A stretch of 63,377 nucleotides of DNA, filler included, from Collodictyon triciliatum (GCA_043381765.1; 8 parts of 8 records of this genome joined end to end with filler, not necessarily neighbours in it), one strand, 5' to 3'. Numbered from the whole stretch's first letter, positions 21,418 through 34,939 are shown. A program made the numbers and translations. Notes: generated by a model from the letters alone, not told the origin.

Positions 21418-21638
21418 CACCACAGCGGGCGCTGAATAAAAGCCGTGTCAGGGAGACCCTGGTTGGCCACCCGCCAGAAGAGCTCGATGCGACTGTTGTC
21501 CCCACGACTGCGCCGAGGCTATTGCACACAAGATGGGCAACAGCATGCAGGGCAGTCATGGGTGTTTGTTCTCAACAAGCGCCGGTTTATGGGGTGACTG
21601 TCCATGGTTGCGCAGGTTAAGTCGGATGCGGGCATCTC

Positions 21639-21830
21639 TTAGGCCTGCTTGTGGGGGATGACGCCCTTGGCCTGGACCATCTTCTTGAGGTGGCTTAAGC
21701 CCTCCTTGGCGTTCAGGCGGTTGTGGGCAACCTTGGCCTCCTGGGCAGCTGGGCCGGCGGCGGCGGCATCAGTACGGGCCTTGGCCGCGTCCTTCATTTC
21801 GGCGATTCTGCGAGTAGCCTCCTCGGACAT
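21639..21830 (-). CDS. Small 63-aa Ala/Lys-rich hypothetical protein, intronless
   Basis: MSEEATRRIAEMKDAAKARTDAAAAGPAAQEAKVAHNRLNAKEGLSHLKKMVQAKGVIPHKQA. Strong GC3 codon bias and a C/A-rich leader before the ATG. Confidence 0.6.
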   Translation of the reverse strand: MSEEATRRIAEMKDAAKARTDAAAAGPAAQEAKVAHNRLNAKEGLSHLKKMVQAKGVIPHKQA

Positions 21831-22342
21831 AGCTGCAGTGTTTGGGTGGGTGGGGTTGTGAGTTGGGGGTTTGTTTGTTGTGACCATAGAGAGAGAGAGG
21901 GGAGGGTGAGGGCTAGACGAAAAGGCAGGGGGTCCTGGGGTCTGCATGAAATTGTTGAGTGGACTTTTGTTTTTGTGCTGTTGTTTTTTTTTTGTTTACC
22001 TGCGGCGTGCTTCTGGATGACGCCATGATTTGGGCAAGTTGATGTGAGGGTTTCGAAAGAGGGTTAGATAAACGAATGTGAGGAGAAAATATCTGTCATA
22101 AGTATCTGAGTGATTGGGCATGTGAGCGATCTGGTCGAGAAGGGAGTGTCCTTACGAACTGAGGGCTGTCTGCGTTGATCTTTCCGGCCTTAAAATCATC
22201 CATGATCCTCTTGATATTGGACTGGTTCAGGCTAAATACGATGTGATGAATGCTCTTGTGTATTCATATCGAGGGAATAAAAAATATAATAACCCTTCTT
22301 GGAAACATAAGTGCTGGAGAATGGATCAAGGGGTCGGGTCAC

Positions 22343-22941
22343 TCACATGTTCTTCTCAGCCAATCCGGCCTCGACCTTGGCTCTCTGGTTGCGGAGCTCT
22401 CGCTGGGCCTCAGCCTTGGACTCATCGGAAGTGACCTTCTTCTTTTCAATTTTGGCCTTGAGGTCGTCGAGTGTGCTGACTGTACGACAACCACATCATA
22501 GTCAGAATCAGATTACCTCGACTCTCACCATGGAAAGAGAGGAAACAGCACCCAGCCATTCTTACCGCGTTGCTTGATGCTATCGTTAGGGGCGACGTTC
22601 TGGTGGGCTGCGGCAGCCTTCTCGATGGCGGCAAGTCTCTCGGCAGCAGCGGCGTTGGCGGCCTTTGCGGCAGCAGCAACTTCGACATCAACGGCCTTCG
22701 CGTCGGCAGGATTCTGGGCGCGGGCAGCCTTAGCGGCAGCACCGACCTTCTCGCTGGCAGCGGCATTGGCGGCGACGGCGGCAGCCTTGAGGGCAGCTGC
22801 GACTTTAGCAGAGTCGACTCTCTTGAGGGGGATGGCAGCCTTTGCAGCAGGGGCGGCAGGGGCGGCATTATCGGCCAAGACGGCAACCGCGAGGGCGGCG
22901 AACGCAATCAGGACCAGGGAAAAGCGGAGGGAGCGGGACAT
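22343..22941 (-). CDS. Secreted Ala-rich helical protein, two exons (intron 22480-22565)
   Basis: Signal peptide MSRSLRFSLVLIAFAALAVAVLA-D. A phase-1 GTAAG...ACAG intron joins in frame to VSTLDDLKAKIEKKKVTSDESKAEAQRELRNQRAKVEAGLAEKNM*. Confidence 0.75.
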
Positions 22942-23821
22942 TCTGTTTGTGGGGGCTGTGAGCGATCGAGGCGTGAGTTCGGATCTGGTTTCGTGTTGGC
23001 CTTTGGTAAGGTGATGCTGTTTTCACGGTGGAGGATTCTCTGTGTTTGTCCTTGTTTTCGAGTCAGTCTGGTCTCGTCGGTTGGGGCGTCGTCATTGCCG
23101 AAGCTACTGATTGATCGATGGAAAGGGAGGAAGTGGCGGCTGGAGTTTAAGTATTGCTCTCTGGGCTTGCGGATCTGTGTTTGTTTGGGAAGTGTAACTG
23201 CACAAGTTTCGAGGAATTCGAATGATTTTGGGTTTGGCAAGAATCTCTCAAGCAATTCGGTTGCTATATCTGGATTTTATATATTAATTATTATTATTTG
23301 AATTTGCGTCGGACTAAGTGGTTCATAGAACATATATTGATGCTTAGCGTATATATATTTTTCCATTTATGCCGCTCTTTCTTTGGTTCTTTGTCAAGCC
23401 AGGTATCAACCATCGATTTACCTCTTCTGGAATTCAAAATAATAGGAAACTGCGGGTATGGAAAATAAAATTGTGTGATTGGTTGGTCTCGAACATTTCT
23501 CGTTTGCTACCCTGCGTTGTACATTGTCTGCTCGTCCGTCTTTGGCTCTTTGATCGCCTTCTCGAATCGCTTTTATTGTCCGCTCTCTTTTCAGGAGGTA
23601 TATGGAGCAGAAGCTCTGTGTCGCGCGAGATTGCAAGCCCCTTCTCAGAACCCTGAGGCGATCGAGGGTGTGGAAAGGATGAAGAAAAAGAAAGAAAAAA
23701 GAAAAGAAAAAAGAAAAGAAAAAAGAAAAGAAAAGAAAAGAAAAGAAAAGAAAAGAAGGAAAGAGAGAAGAATTTTATCCTCTTTGACCCGTCTGCAGAA
23801 GTTTTAGGACTAGTCACCCAG

Positions 23822-24180
23822 ATGCAGCAGGCAGCAAAGCGCGAGGTTGCTGCAAGCAGCTTTGAATTTCTACACATTGAAATGGTTAGTTGATCGAAAA
23901 GCCTAAGAGATATGGTGCCATGGTGTCTATCCTTCAGTCGTGTATTTTCGTTTATCATGAGTTTATTTTCTTTTACATTAAAGCCAACTATCTGGTCTTT
24001 CGTCGTTACTTCCTCAATTCATACTTAATCGATCAAGGTCCACTACCTTGAAAGGCGTCACAAGGAACTTGTACGGGAGCAGGAAGAAAAAGGCGAGAGT
24101 ATTGTGGTGAGTTTTCCCATTCGATGACCTATAATGCGATTTGAGTTCAATAAAGTCACGATAACACAACATTGTGCAAG

Positions 24181-24275
<95 letters not shown>

Positions 24276-25296
24276 CATCATCATCAATATTTTAGGAAAT
24301 TATGTAATTAAATTAGCAAGTAAAGACGTAGAAAATGTTTAAAATTTAGAGAGGAGAATTAAATATCGTACTTGATGAGCCTTTTACTCTATTTTTGAAT
24401 GTTAAATAATTATCAGAATGATTCACCCAACTCCAAACTTGATATGATGGGATTTCGGGTTGGACAACGCGTAATTGAAAGGTTGCTTCCCCCACTTGCT
24501 CTCACTTACCACCCGCATATTAATTACTACATCTCCGGGTTCGATCGTCTTGAAGTAAAAAGAAAATATTGTGTTTCTTCATAATAACGAATGATCAGCT
24601 TAATTCAACGCTGGAATAACCTACAATAGAATGGTACGAGAAAAAACTAGATTGGTGGAAAATCTTGATATTATCAAACACATTTGCAAGAGTGTTTGGC
24701 CAGAGCTCTTTGGAAAAGAAATTGACAATCTTCGAACAAACCACAGGGTTCTCTTTCTACTTTACAATTCGATTCCAACTTACAACCATTTTAGATAAAT
24801 GCCCTTTATAGTCATGATTTCTTTGAGTTATTGGATCATATATGGGGTTTTTTTATTACTCAAAATATAATTATACAAAATGAACTATTTGTAGGGTATC
24901 TTTGTTTTGTTGGATAGCAAATTCCGATGGCTCGCACACACATCCCCCAACAATGCTGCTACTGAACTCAAAGAGGCCACCATTTATGCTTCCTTTACCT
25001 GCGGTATTCTTCGAGGGATATTGTCCAACCTTGGCGTAGAGTCAACAGTCAAAGCTGATATCGCCAATCTCCCAGCATGTAATTTCTTTTCATTCGTCAA
25101 TTTATCTAGGTGTCTCCCGCGACTTTTGTAAGGAAGAAAAAAACTTGTTTGTTGATTTTGAATATACCTGAAAGGGGGGTTTTAAAGGAAAAAGATAAAC
25201 CGCTGTCTTAATTCATTCCAGCAGAGATGAAGCGATCTAATCGCGATTTTTTTTGAATTGTTCGTAGGCACTTTCACTATTTCCATCCTGACTTAA
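23822..25296 (+). CDS. TRAPPC6: TRAPP complex subunit 6 (Trs33), multi-exon
   Basis: SSFEFLHIEM, KLDMMGFRVGQRVIER, LDIIKHICKSVW..FGKEIDNLRTNHRGIFVL and FTCGILRGILSNLGV..PACTFTI. Stop TAA at 25294-25296. Confidence 0.92.
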
Positions 25297-25639
25297 AAGA
25301 GAGAGAGAGCAGAGGATGTCACAACCATCCCATCCAAATAGGGTGCCGCTAGCCCTGTGGGAATAAACGCGAGGCAAAATAACTATTGAACTAGTAGGAC
25401 GAAACAATTATCCCTTATGTTTGATTCCTGCCAGTAGTGGTAATGTAGCTTGTTTCTCGGGGGGGGGGGGGGGGGGGGTATAAAAAAAAAAAAAAAGGAA
25501 AAAAGGGGGGGGGGGGAAAAAAAAAAGGGGGGGGAAGGGNNNNNNNNNNNNNNNNNNNNNNNNNNNNNNNNNNNNNNNNNNNNTTAATTAATTAANNNNN
25601 NNNNNNNNNNNNNNNNNNNNNNNNNNNNNNNNNNNNNNN

Positions 25640-25735
<96 letters not shown>

Positions 25736-28700
25736 AGATATTCCAACATCATGTACCAGTTTGTTAGAGTTGTCACTGATTCCAACTATCGAAAGCACGG
25801 AAAGCTGTGACTGTCCGAGTCACACAACCTTCTTATCAAAATTAATTGTTAGCTACGCTCCTATTTTTTTCCTAAACTTCAAAATTTGATTTTTAATAAT
25901 TTTCACCCTATATTATCAAATTTGCTAGCCGATATGTTATTCTAGTAATACCCATAGAGTGGAGAAGCTTATAATCAATTACATGTAGATATTAATGCCT
26001 TTCAAGAGAAGTGGAAAGGATAGGGTCTCCTACTTTTGACACCCAGACCACTTTCCATTCGACCGGTTCCATAGATGCCGATTGGAGTTAACTCTCTTGA
26101 GGACTTTGTTCTATTCTCCCAGTTAGTTATTTTGGTCTATTTGCTTTTTTAGTCCAGCACACCAATTTTTCTTGTGAGCTTTAAATGAAGCGCGAAAAAG
26201 TTATTTTATTAATGGTCTATTTATAGACTTATGATAACTCTACTATTAAGTCGTATTGCCATTTTTATTAAGTGTTATTGTAATAAAAATCAAGGTTGGA
26301 AGATAATTGACATTACTAGAAAATATGATCCTTGTTGATTGCTTTATCTTAGCAGTTGCCCATGAGTAAGGGTTCATACTTTACTTGTTTCATATATTTA
26401 CATTTAAATTTTAAACTTTGTACACAAGTCACATTAAATTAATTGTTTATGTTTTTTGTTTGTTTGTTCAATTTTTTTGTTTCTATGTTTATTTTGTTTG
26501 TTTTAAGAGGTAATATTTTTTTCTTATATGGTCAAATATTGGTTTCAATGTTAAACCTCTCAATTATTTTGAATAGATGTAAAATGTATTAATTTTCCGT
26601 ATAGGAAATATTTTTGGACATAAAATTGGAAAAAGGAATACGTGTATGTATTTCACCAGAGCTATTACAATCTAGCAGTATGATTACGAACATAGGACAT
26701 ATATGTCTATTATTCTAGTAATGTTTTTTTAATTATTTTAAAAAAGAACAGTTTTGTTAGTGTGTAATCACTACATCTTTCATATATGATAAGTTTAATA
26801 TATAATCAGAAAAATTTAAGAAATTCAGTATTTACATATTCCAACGACTATTTTTATACATCCAAAAATTAATTTCGATGATATTCATATTTAGTTCCAT
26901 GTCAAAGATCTTTTTCGTTTCCATAATAGGCTAGAGTCAGATATCTTAAGCATGGACAAAGAATCTCACATTTTCGAATCCATGTATGCGCATATATATA
27001 TCAACGTGATTTTATGAGTGTCCAATCTAAAACTATCTAAAACGGTAATTATTTGGCCACATTCAAATATTTTTGAAAATAGATGGGCAAGAAATAATAC
27101 AAAGAGAAGGGCAATATTGCGACCAAACGGCCAGACAAAAGAAAAGTTTTGGGAAGTTTGCTCTTCATATTTCCCATAATAGGAGGTAAGGGTATAAAAT
27201 AGAACGATGGAGCAGGTCTATTTTGTTGTATTGTAAGCACATCTCTTCATAGTCATGAGTATTTAAAATTAAAAATTAATTATAATTGTATTCGTAAAAT
27301 TCCGTTATTGGAAGTTAAGTTATGTACATTTTTCGGTAAGAATACCTGAAGAGATTTATAAAAATGACTAATTTTTCGGTAGACTACAATATATAAAAGT
27401 TAGAACCATTTTTATTAATTAAATCTCATCAGTTAAGCAATCAAAAATTATGACACCAATTCATATAAAAATTAAATGGATTCAGGCCTCGCCAACCTCT
27501 CTATATATTTATAATCTGAATGGTTTGTAAAATATATGGATTGCAAAATATTGCAAAATATCAGTTTATGAATTTCTCTAAGAACAGTCGAAGTGGATCT
27601 TGAAAAAGAATTTTTGTTCTCTTCGATGAAAAATAAGCTTTTAAAGTGAATTGTTTTTTATTCTACACTATCTGCACCATCATATCGCACATAGTTTTGA
27701 ACAATACCGTCATATATTTGAAATTATATGAGATATGGAATTCTTACATAGCATATTAAATACATCATGAAACTTTTATTTAATTTTTACCAATATATTA
27801 TTTATTTAATTCGTCATAAATCCATCTAAAAATCGATTTATATGTATTTAAAGAGGTTCAATTATAAAAAATGGCTCCCAAAATTCAGAAAATTGAAAGA
27901 AAATCTATCATATCATGTTTCATGGATAATTCAGCCACAAGTTTCAATAATTCAATATTGAAAAATACCAAATTTTGTTCTCTAAGAATAACAACTTCAA
28001 AATCAGAATAGATTATCCAAGATAATTTAATGGAGATTTTACAATACATCAATTAGTACATTTTTACATCTCTAATATTTATTGATGAAAAATATATGAA
28101 ACATCAAAAATTCAATACCAAAATTAAAATGTTTAGATATGATGATTAATAATTGGTATTGATTTTAGTTTAATAGAAAATTAATCAAATAATAGTAAGA
28201 AATAACCATTAAATGATATTTTATAAATATTAATATAATTACTGAAGAGATAAATTAATTTCTCATTCAAAATAAGATTGTGATATAAATATGATATAAA
28301 ATAATGTGATAGCTGTTATTAATTTATTAAGTGATATAAAAGATACTAAATAACAAAAAATTAAATCAAATTAAAATAATTACTTATCCTAATGATAAAC
28401 TGTTTAAAATATATCATATATGCTCAAATAATCTTAATTTTGAGATTACTGATTTTAATAGAATAAAGGAAAAATATTTTGAAAATAAATGAGTATGTAA
28501 TTAAAATTTCAACACTCTTATCCATTTAACACCTGAATTTTTAATTGTAAATTGATTTACCAACATCAATAATACAAATTAAAAGGTAAGAGCAATCAAT
28601 TACGGTTAAAATATAATATTTAATCTACTTTCCTGATGGTTGAATGAAATATTGTTGAGACGGGCTCAACAGGTATGATTTTTAGAATAAAAATAAATTT

Positions 28701-29941
28701 AATAAATAATTAATTAGCTAATTGTTTTATTATATCTTATAAATTTAAAAATTATGAAAACGCCTATTTGACTTTTTTCGTAAAAGAATATTTCATAAAA
28801 ATCTCAAATTACTAATTCTTGGAAAATCCTAGTATAAAGTCAAAATTTACTGTTATTTACCTAAATTACATTTTATTCATAGTCTGATTGCATAACATAC
28901 GATAATAGGTTTTTTTACTTATTTCATTTAAGAGACATTCGATGATAAAATTTCGTATTCTATAAATAAGTTTTTTAATTTATTATTTTTAAATAATGTA
29001 AGCGACTAAAGCTATGGTAGTTGATATAAGAATTGAAATTTGGTAATGATTAAATTAATTTATATATTCATTTAATGTATTGAAGAAGACCCTTTTGTAG
29101 AGGTCATTTATTATAAAATCTAACTTTATTGAAATTTTTACATAATATTTAATCATCATCTCAATATCAATCTTTTGCTATCATTTTAGCATACATTCGT
29201 ATTTAGAACATTCGATGAATCATTTAATATTACTTAATTATTATCTTGGATTTATATAAATTGCAAAAAATATCTATTAATATATCATGAATTTTTTTAC
29301 TTTGTTGTTTTATTGCACACGATTTAAATTATATGTATAAAAAATAATAAACATGTATAATCTATAAACTACAAATCACTTGATATTTAAAATATCATTT
29401 ATGTGAATGTTATAAAATTTAACAATTGTAAATAAATTTTTTTCAAATTTAAGCGAAGTAAACGTGTAAAACTTATCACATGTATTAAATAGATAAATCA
29501 ATTCATTGTTTTTTAAATGTTTATTCAATACAGACGAAAATCATGGACTAGGCACCAGCTTTATTTTATAGCTATCACATAAACTATATATTTTAAGGAT
29601 AAAATTTCCAAAGACTCATTTTTTTCATTAATATAAGCTATTTTTTCTTTGCATTTAATAATTAGTAACGAAAAATCTGTATCTTATTACTTTCGCATAT
29701 GAGTTGACATAGATATTATGTAATTGCATTTTTTTGCAATTATTACATTAAGAGTGAATAAAAGACATACACAATATTTTATCAGTTTCCTTTTTCATAG
29801 TCCTAAATTATGATTTCAATTGAAAATTATGTATTTTGAATCAAACAAAGTTTATTATTTGATCAAATTAATTGAAAGATAAAAGATAATCCAAAAAAGA
29901 ATTAAAATCAATATATCAAATTGAAATAAACTATTTGTAGG

Positions 29942-32900
29942 ATGATATTGAAATCAAAGCCTACTGCAGCCATTTTCCTTTTAGGTGTGTAATTTTATTA
30001 AAATTAATTTTTACTGTTTGATTAAAAAATACAATTTTTTTAATACTCATGTTTTTAGGAATAATAATCTACTGTCAAATCTTTCGAGTTGACGGGCAGG
30101 ATGATTATTTGATTCTAACATTGACTGGGCATACTAGAGAAGTAAGGAGTGTTGCTGTTACTCCTGATGGCTCAAAAATTGTGTCTGGATGCCGAGATAA
30201 AACTATCAAAATCTGGAATGTTTCTGATGGAATTTTGATTCATACCATTCTTGATGCTGGTGATATTCTTAGTGTTTTTCTGACTCCTGATGGTTCAAAA
30301 ATTGTCTCTGGAAGTGCTTATGGAAAAGTCAGAATCTGGTACCTTTCCGATGGAACTTTGATTCGCACATTATCTGGTCATATTGGTGTGGTTTTCAGTG
30401 TTTCTGTTACTCCTGATGGCTCAAAAATTGTTTCTGGAAGTTACGATAAAACAATCAAAATTTGGAATATCTTTGATGGGAAATTGATAAGCACATTGGC
30501 TAGTCATACTGAAGCTGTTTACAGTGTTTCTGTTACTCCTGATGGCTTAAAAATTGTTTCTGGCAGTAGCGATACAAATATCAAAATTTGGAATTATTCT
30601 GAGGGAGTTTTGATTAAAACATTAGATGGTCATACTAGTATTGTTTACAGTGTCATTGTTACCCCTGATGGTTTGAATATTATTTCTGGAAGTTATGATT
30701 GGATAATAAAAATTTGGAATCTCGCTGACGGAGCTTTGATTCGCACATTGATTGGTCATAATCATGGTGTTTACAGTGTCACGGTTACTCCTGATGGCTT
30801 AAATATTGTTTCTGGAAGTCATGATAGAAGCATAAAAATGTGGAATATTGCTGATGGATCTCAAATTCGCACATTAACAGGTCATAATGGGGCTGTTTTT
30901 AGTGTTGCTGTTACCCCTGATGGCTCAAATATTGTTTCTGGAAGTTGGGATAGTACAATAAAAATTTGGGGAAATTGTAATGCTGGATACAGCTATAATT
31001 TGACGTACAACAAATGTACCATTTGCACAGCAGGGAGCTATAGTCCTGGAGGAATATCGAATACTTGTTCTTTATGCCCAACCGGTTCATACAATCCATT
31101 TAATGGTTCAGCTAGTATAAACTCTTGTATCTTATGTCCAGCTGGTACCTACAATCCATTAGTGGGTTCCAAAAGTGCCGATGCTTGCATTTTATGTGAA
31201 GTTGGGACATATAATCCATCAATAGGTCAAAGGGATTGTACTCAGTGCGCTGCTGGATCTTACAACCCATATAAAGGACAGAAAATTTGCATGATTTGTG
31301 AGGAGGGAAAGTATAGCAACAAAACAAGCCAGGTATCATGCCTTAATTGCGAACCAGGAACATACACAAACATTAAAGGACAGACATCGTGTTTTGACTG
31401 CCCATTAGGTTTCTACAATCAAGAATCAGGAAAAAAGTTTTGCACAGCTTGCGGTCCAGGAACATATTCGAATTATACCAAAGGGACTTCTTGCTATATG
31501 TGCCCGGTTGGTACATTCAATCCAAATGTTGCCTCTGAAAGTACGAGCAGTTGCCAACCTTGTCCAAAAGGGAGATTTTCATCTAATAAAGGTGAATCAA
31601 CATGTGAAATATGTCCATCTGGTTCGTACAACCCATACCTAGGGCAGGCTGGATGCATAAATTGTACTGACGGAACATATAATCCACGATTTGGCTCCAC
31701 CTCAGATTCCTCTTGTATGCATTGTCCGGCAGGAACGTATGGAAATCATCTAAGAGACGAATGTATTTCATGTTCAGCTGGTACATTCAATAGTAAAATC
31801 GGTGCGTTAGAAGAATCATCGTGCATCCAATGTCCAAACGGAAGCTACAGCTCAGAGAGAAGCTCATCTTGTGGTCTATGCTTATCAGGATATTATCAAA
31901 AAGAAGGAACGACAAAAGACTCAAATTCATGCTATGCTTGTCCAAAAGGCACATTCAATTTAAAATCCGGCTCATATGGAGACTCATCATGTATTCCATG
32001 CTCACAAGGCACTTGGAATGACAGAGACGGTCAAGTATCATGCATATCGTGTCCAGCGGGTACACTCAACGATAAAACTGGCTCATTCAATCAATCATCA
32101 TGCATTTCATGTCCGAATGGAAGCTACAGCTCAGAAAGAAGCGCATCATGCAGCTTTTGCTCATCAGGATTCTATCAAAAAGAAGAAATCACAAAAGACT
32201 CACAATCATGTCATGCTTGTCCAAAAGGCACATTCAACTCAAACTCCGGCTCATATGGAAACAAATCATGTATTGAATGTCCACAAGGCACTTGGAATCA
32301 TAGAGACGGTCAAGTATCATGCATATCGTGTCCAGCGGGTACATTCAACAATAAAACTGGCTCATTCAATCAATCATCATGTGTTTCATGTCCAAACGGA
32401 AGCTTCAGCTCATCTGGAAGTGCATCATGCAGCTTATGTTTATCAGGATTCTATCAAAAAGAAGAAATCTCAAAAAATTCAAGCTCATGCTATGCTTGTC
32501 CAAGAGGTACATTCAACTCAAACTCCGGCTCATATGGAAACAAATCATGTATTGAATGTCCACAAGGCACTTGGAGTGACAGAGAGGGTCAGGCATCATG
32601 CACAGGATGTCCACCTGGTACATTCAACAATAAAACTGGCTCATATAATCAATCATCATGCATATCATGTCCAAATGGAAGCTACAGCTCAGAGAGAAGC
32701 GCATCATGCAGCTTATGCTCATCAGGATTTTATCAAAAAGAAGACGTAACAAAAGACTCAAACTCATGCTTCGCCTGTCCAAAAGGCTCATTCAACTCAA
32801 ACCCCGGCTCATATGGAAACAAGTCATGTATTGAATGTCCATAAGGCACTTGGAATGATAGAGATGGTCAAGCATCATGCACATCATGCCCAGCTGGAAC

Positions 32901-34911
32901 ATTCAACAACAAAACGGGGTCATTTGATAAATCATCATGCATTTCGTGTAAAAATGGAAGCTACAGCTCAGTTGGAAGCTCATCATGCAATTTATGTCCC
33001 ACACGCTCAAAGACAACTAAAGAAGGATCTGAATCAATCGATGAGTGTATATGCATTGATTCTTATGTGTCATTCAATGGTGCTTGCACATGCCCTCCAG
33101 GACAATTTGAAGATGGTAATAAATGCGTTCTGTGCAGAATAGGCTCATACAAATCAACAAACGACACAAATTTCTGCTTATCCTGTGGAGATAAGTTTAC
33201 CACAATTAATAATGGTTCAATTATTTCAACCAATTGTGTTTGTAGTACTGGATTTGAACTCAGAAATTCCACTTGCGAATGCAGACCTGGGTGGTATGAA
33301 AAGCAGAAGAGGTGCTACGAATGTCCACCAAGCTCTTACAATGAAAACTATGGACAAACATTTTGCAAAGAATGTCCAATAAATTCATATACAAATATGA
33401 CTGCATCAATCTCAATTGAAGAGTGCAAATGTCTTCCATCGACATATATTGACTCAAAGACCAAGCGATGCAAAGATTGTCCAACAGGTTTTATCTGCGA
33501 TGGAAGCAGTCAACCGAGTGTTGCGCCTGGATATTGGCAAGCACCAAAATCAAACGGAGAATATATTGCTTACAAATGTCTTAATGAGGATGCATGTAAC
33601 GGAGGGAATAACACATGTGCCGAAGGATATACCGGAGCTTTATGCAGTGTTTGTGAAAAGGGGTTTGGAAAGACAGGTGTTTTTTGCACTATATGCCCCA
33701 ACCAAGGAACGAGCGGGATTTTAGTATTCCTCAGCATTGCAGTACCTCTATTGTTTGTATTGTTCATGGTAGAGCAATCAAGACAACCAAAGACAGCAAA
33801 AATACAGATTCTAAAAACAATTTCATCTCATTTTCAAGTTTTGTCATATCTGGCGAACTTTGATGTGAGATGGAGCTCCACTATTATTTCAATTATGAAA
33901 ATTCCTGCCCTTTTTTCATTTTCGTTATCAATAGACACGTATCCGATGGAATGTAGATTCGAAATGACAATTTACGATAAGGTGCTGTATTCGATGATGA
34001 CCCCTATGATTATGATAGGATTAATTCTTTTTATAGTATCAATCAAGATGACGTGGAAGCTAAAAATCAATCAAATTAATAGCAGAGATGTTACTTTCTT
34101 CAAAATGAAACAAGAGTTTATTTTTTCGATGCTAGTTATGCTATTTTTTGTTCATCCCACGATTATGTCGTCAATATCAAACATCTTCCGTTGCGAGAGG
34201 TTTGGTGATGAAAGTTACTTAAAGGCTGACATGTCTATAATGTGTGATGATGCAACATACCTCGTCTGGAAAAATATAGCTCTTGTTTACGTGATTCTTT
34301 ATTGTTTCGGTGGCCCGTTTATTCTCGTTACATACATGTTTTACAAAAGGTCATCACTGATCAATCCAGCATCAAGCACTTACAACTTACTCAGATTTTT
34401 GGTTGATGGATACAACGAAGAATGCTTTTACTGGGAAATCGTGACTATGATGCAAAAGTTGCTTGTCGTTTTGATAAGCATTTTCTTCTCTTCAGCCATG
34501 CAAATTTACTTTGGACTATGGTTACTATTATTGACGATTGCATCATCTCTGTATTTCAAGCCATTTATGTCTGACGTGCTCAGGAAGTCACAACTTTACT
34601 CAATATCGGTCCTTTACTTTACCTTGATGACAAGCCTTCTGTTCAGATATACAGACCTTAGTATAACTGCAGAATTTTTTCTTGTGACACTGGTTGTTTT
34701 GTTGAACGTAATTATTGCAGTTGTCTCTTTAATGAAAGCTGGACCTGATGTGCTAATGTCTCTCTTGGCAAAAATGGAAATGTTCGTAGAGCCAATTTAT
34801 GAAGCCGTGCTAAAATCATCTGCAATTACTTACATGAAAAACAAATGGAAGTTAGCGAAAAAAGAAAAGGAAATGATGGATTTTAATGACTATGCTGCAA
34901 CATCTCTTTAA
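29942..34911 (+). CDS. Signal peptide + 7 WD40 repeats + long Cys-rich (CxxCPxGxY, GCC2/GCC3-like) array + multipass TM domain; one internal TAA at 32842, so possibly a pseudogene or an assembly error
   Basis: Exon 1 at 29942-29984 and GT-AG intron 29985-30058 give MILKSKPTAAIFLLGIIIYCQIFRVDG. ORFs 30049-32844 and 33067-34911 share a frame and are separated only by TAA. The C-terminus has about 7-9 hydrophobic segments and FLVDGY..FYWEIV..QKL..KPF. Confidence 0.85.
30121..30970 (+). repeat. Seven coding WD40 repeats, 126-bp period
   Basis: ACYCCTGATGG recurs at 30160, 30283, 30409, 30535, 30661, 30787 and 30913 (first spacing 123, the rest 126). Confidence 0.92.
31780..32990 (+). repeat. 279-bp (93-aa) coding tandem repeat, four full copies plus a partial one
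   Basis: Units begin at 31780, 32059, 32338, 32617 and 32896 with high nucleotide identity. Confidence 0.92.
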
Positions 34912-34939
34912 AAAGATTACATTAAAATTTCTCATATCT

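Noticed and set aside
25459-25539. Poly-G/poly-A tract as a G-quadruplex or telomere
   Set aside because: Irregular homopolymers at a contig end, typical of low-quality read tails.
31976-33142. His-rich alternative-frame ORFs over the Cys-rich repeats
   Set aside because: Frame-shifted shadows of TCA/TGC-rich repeat codons.
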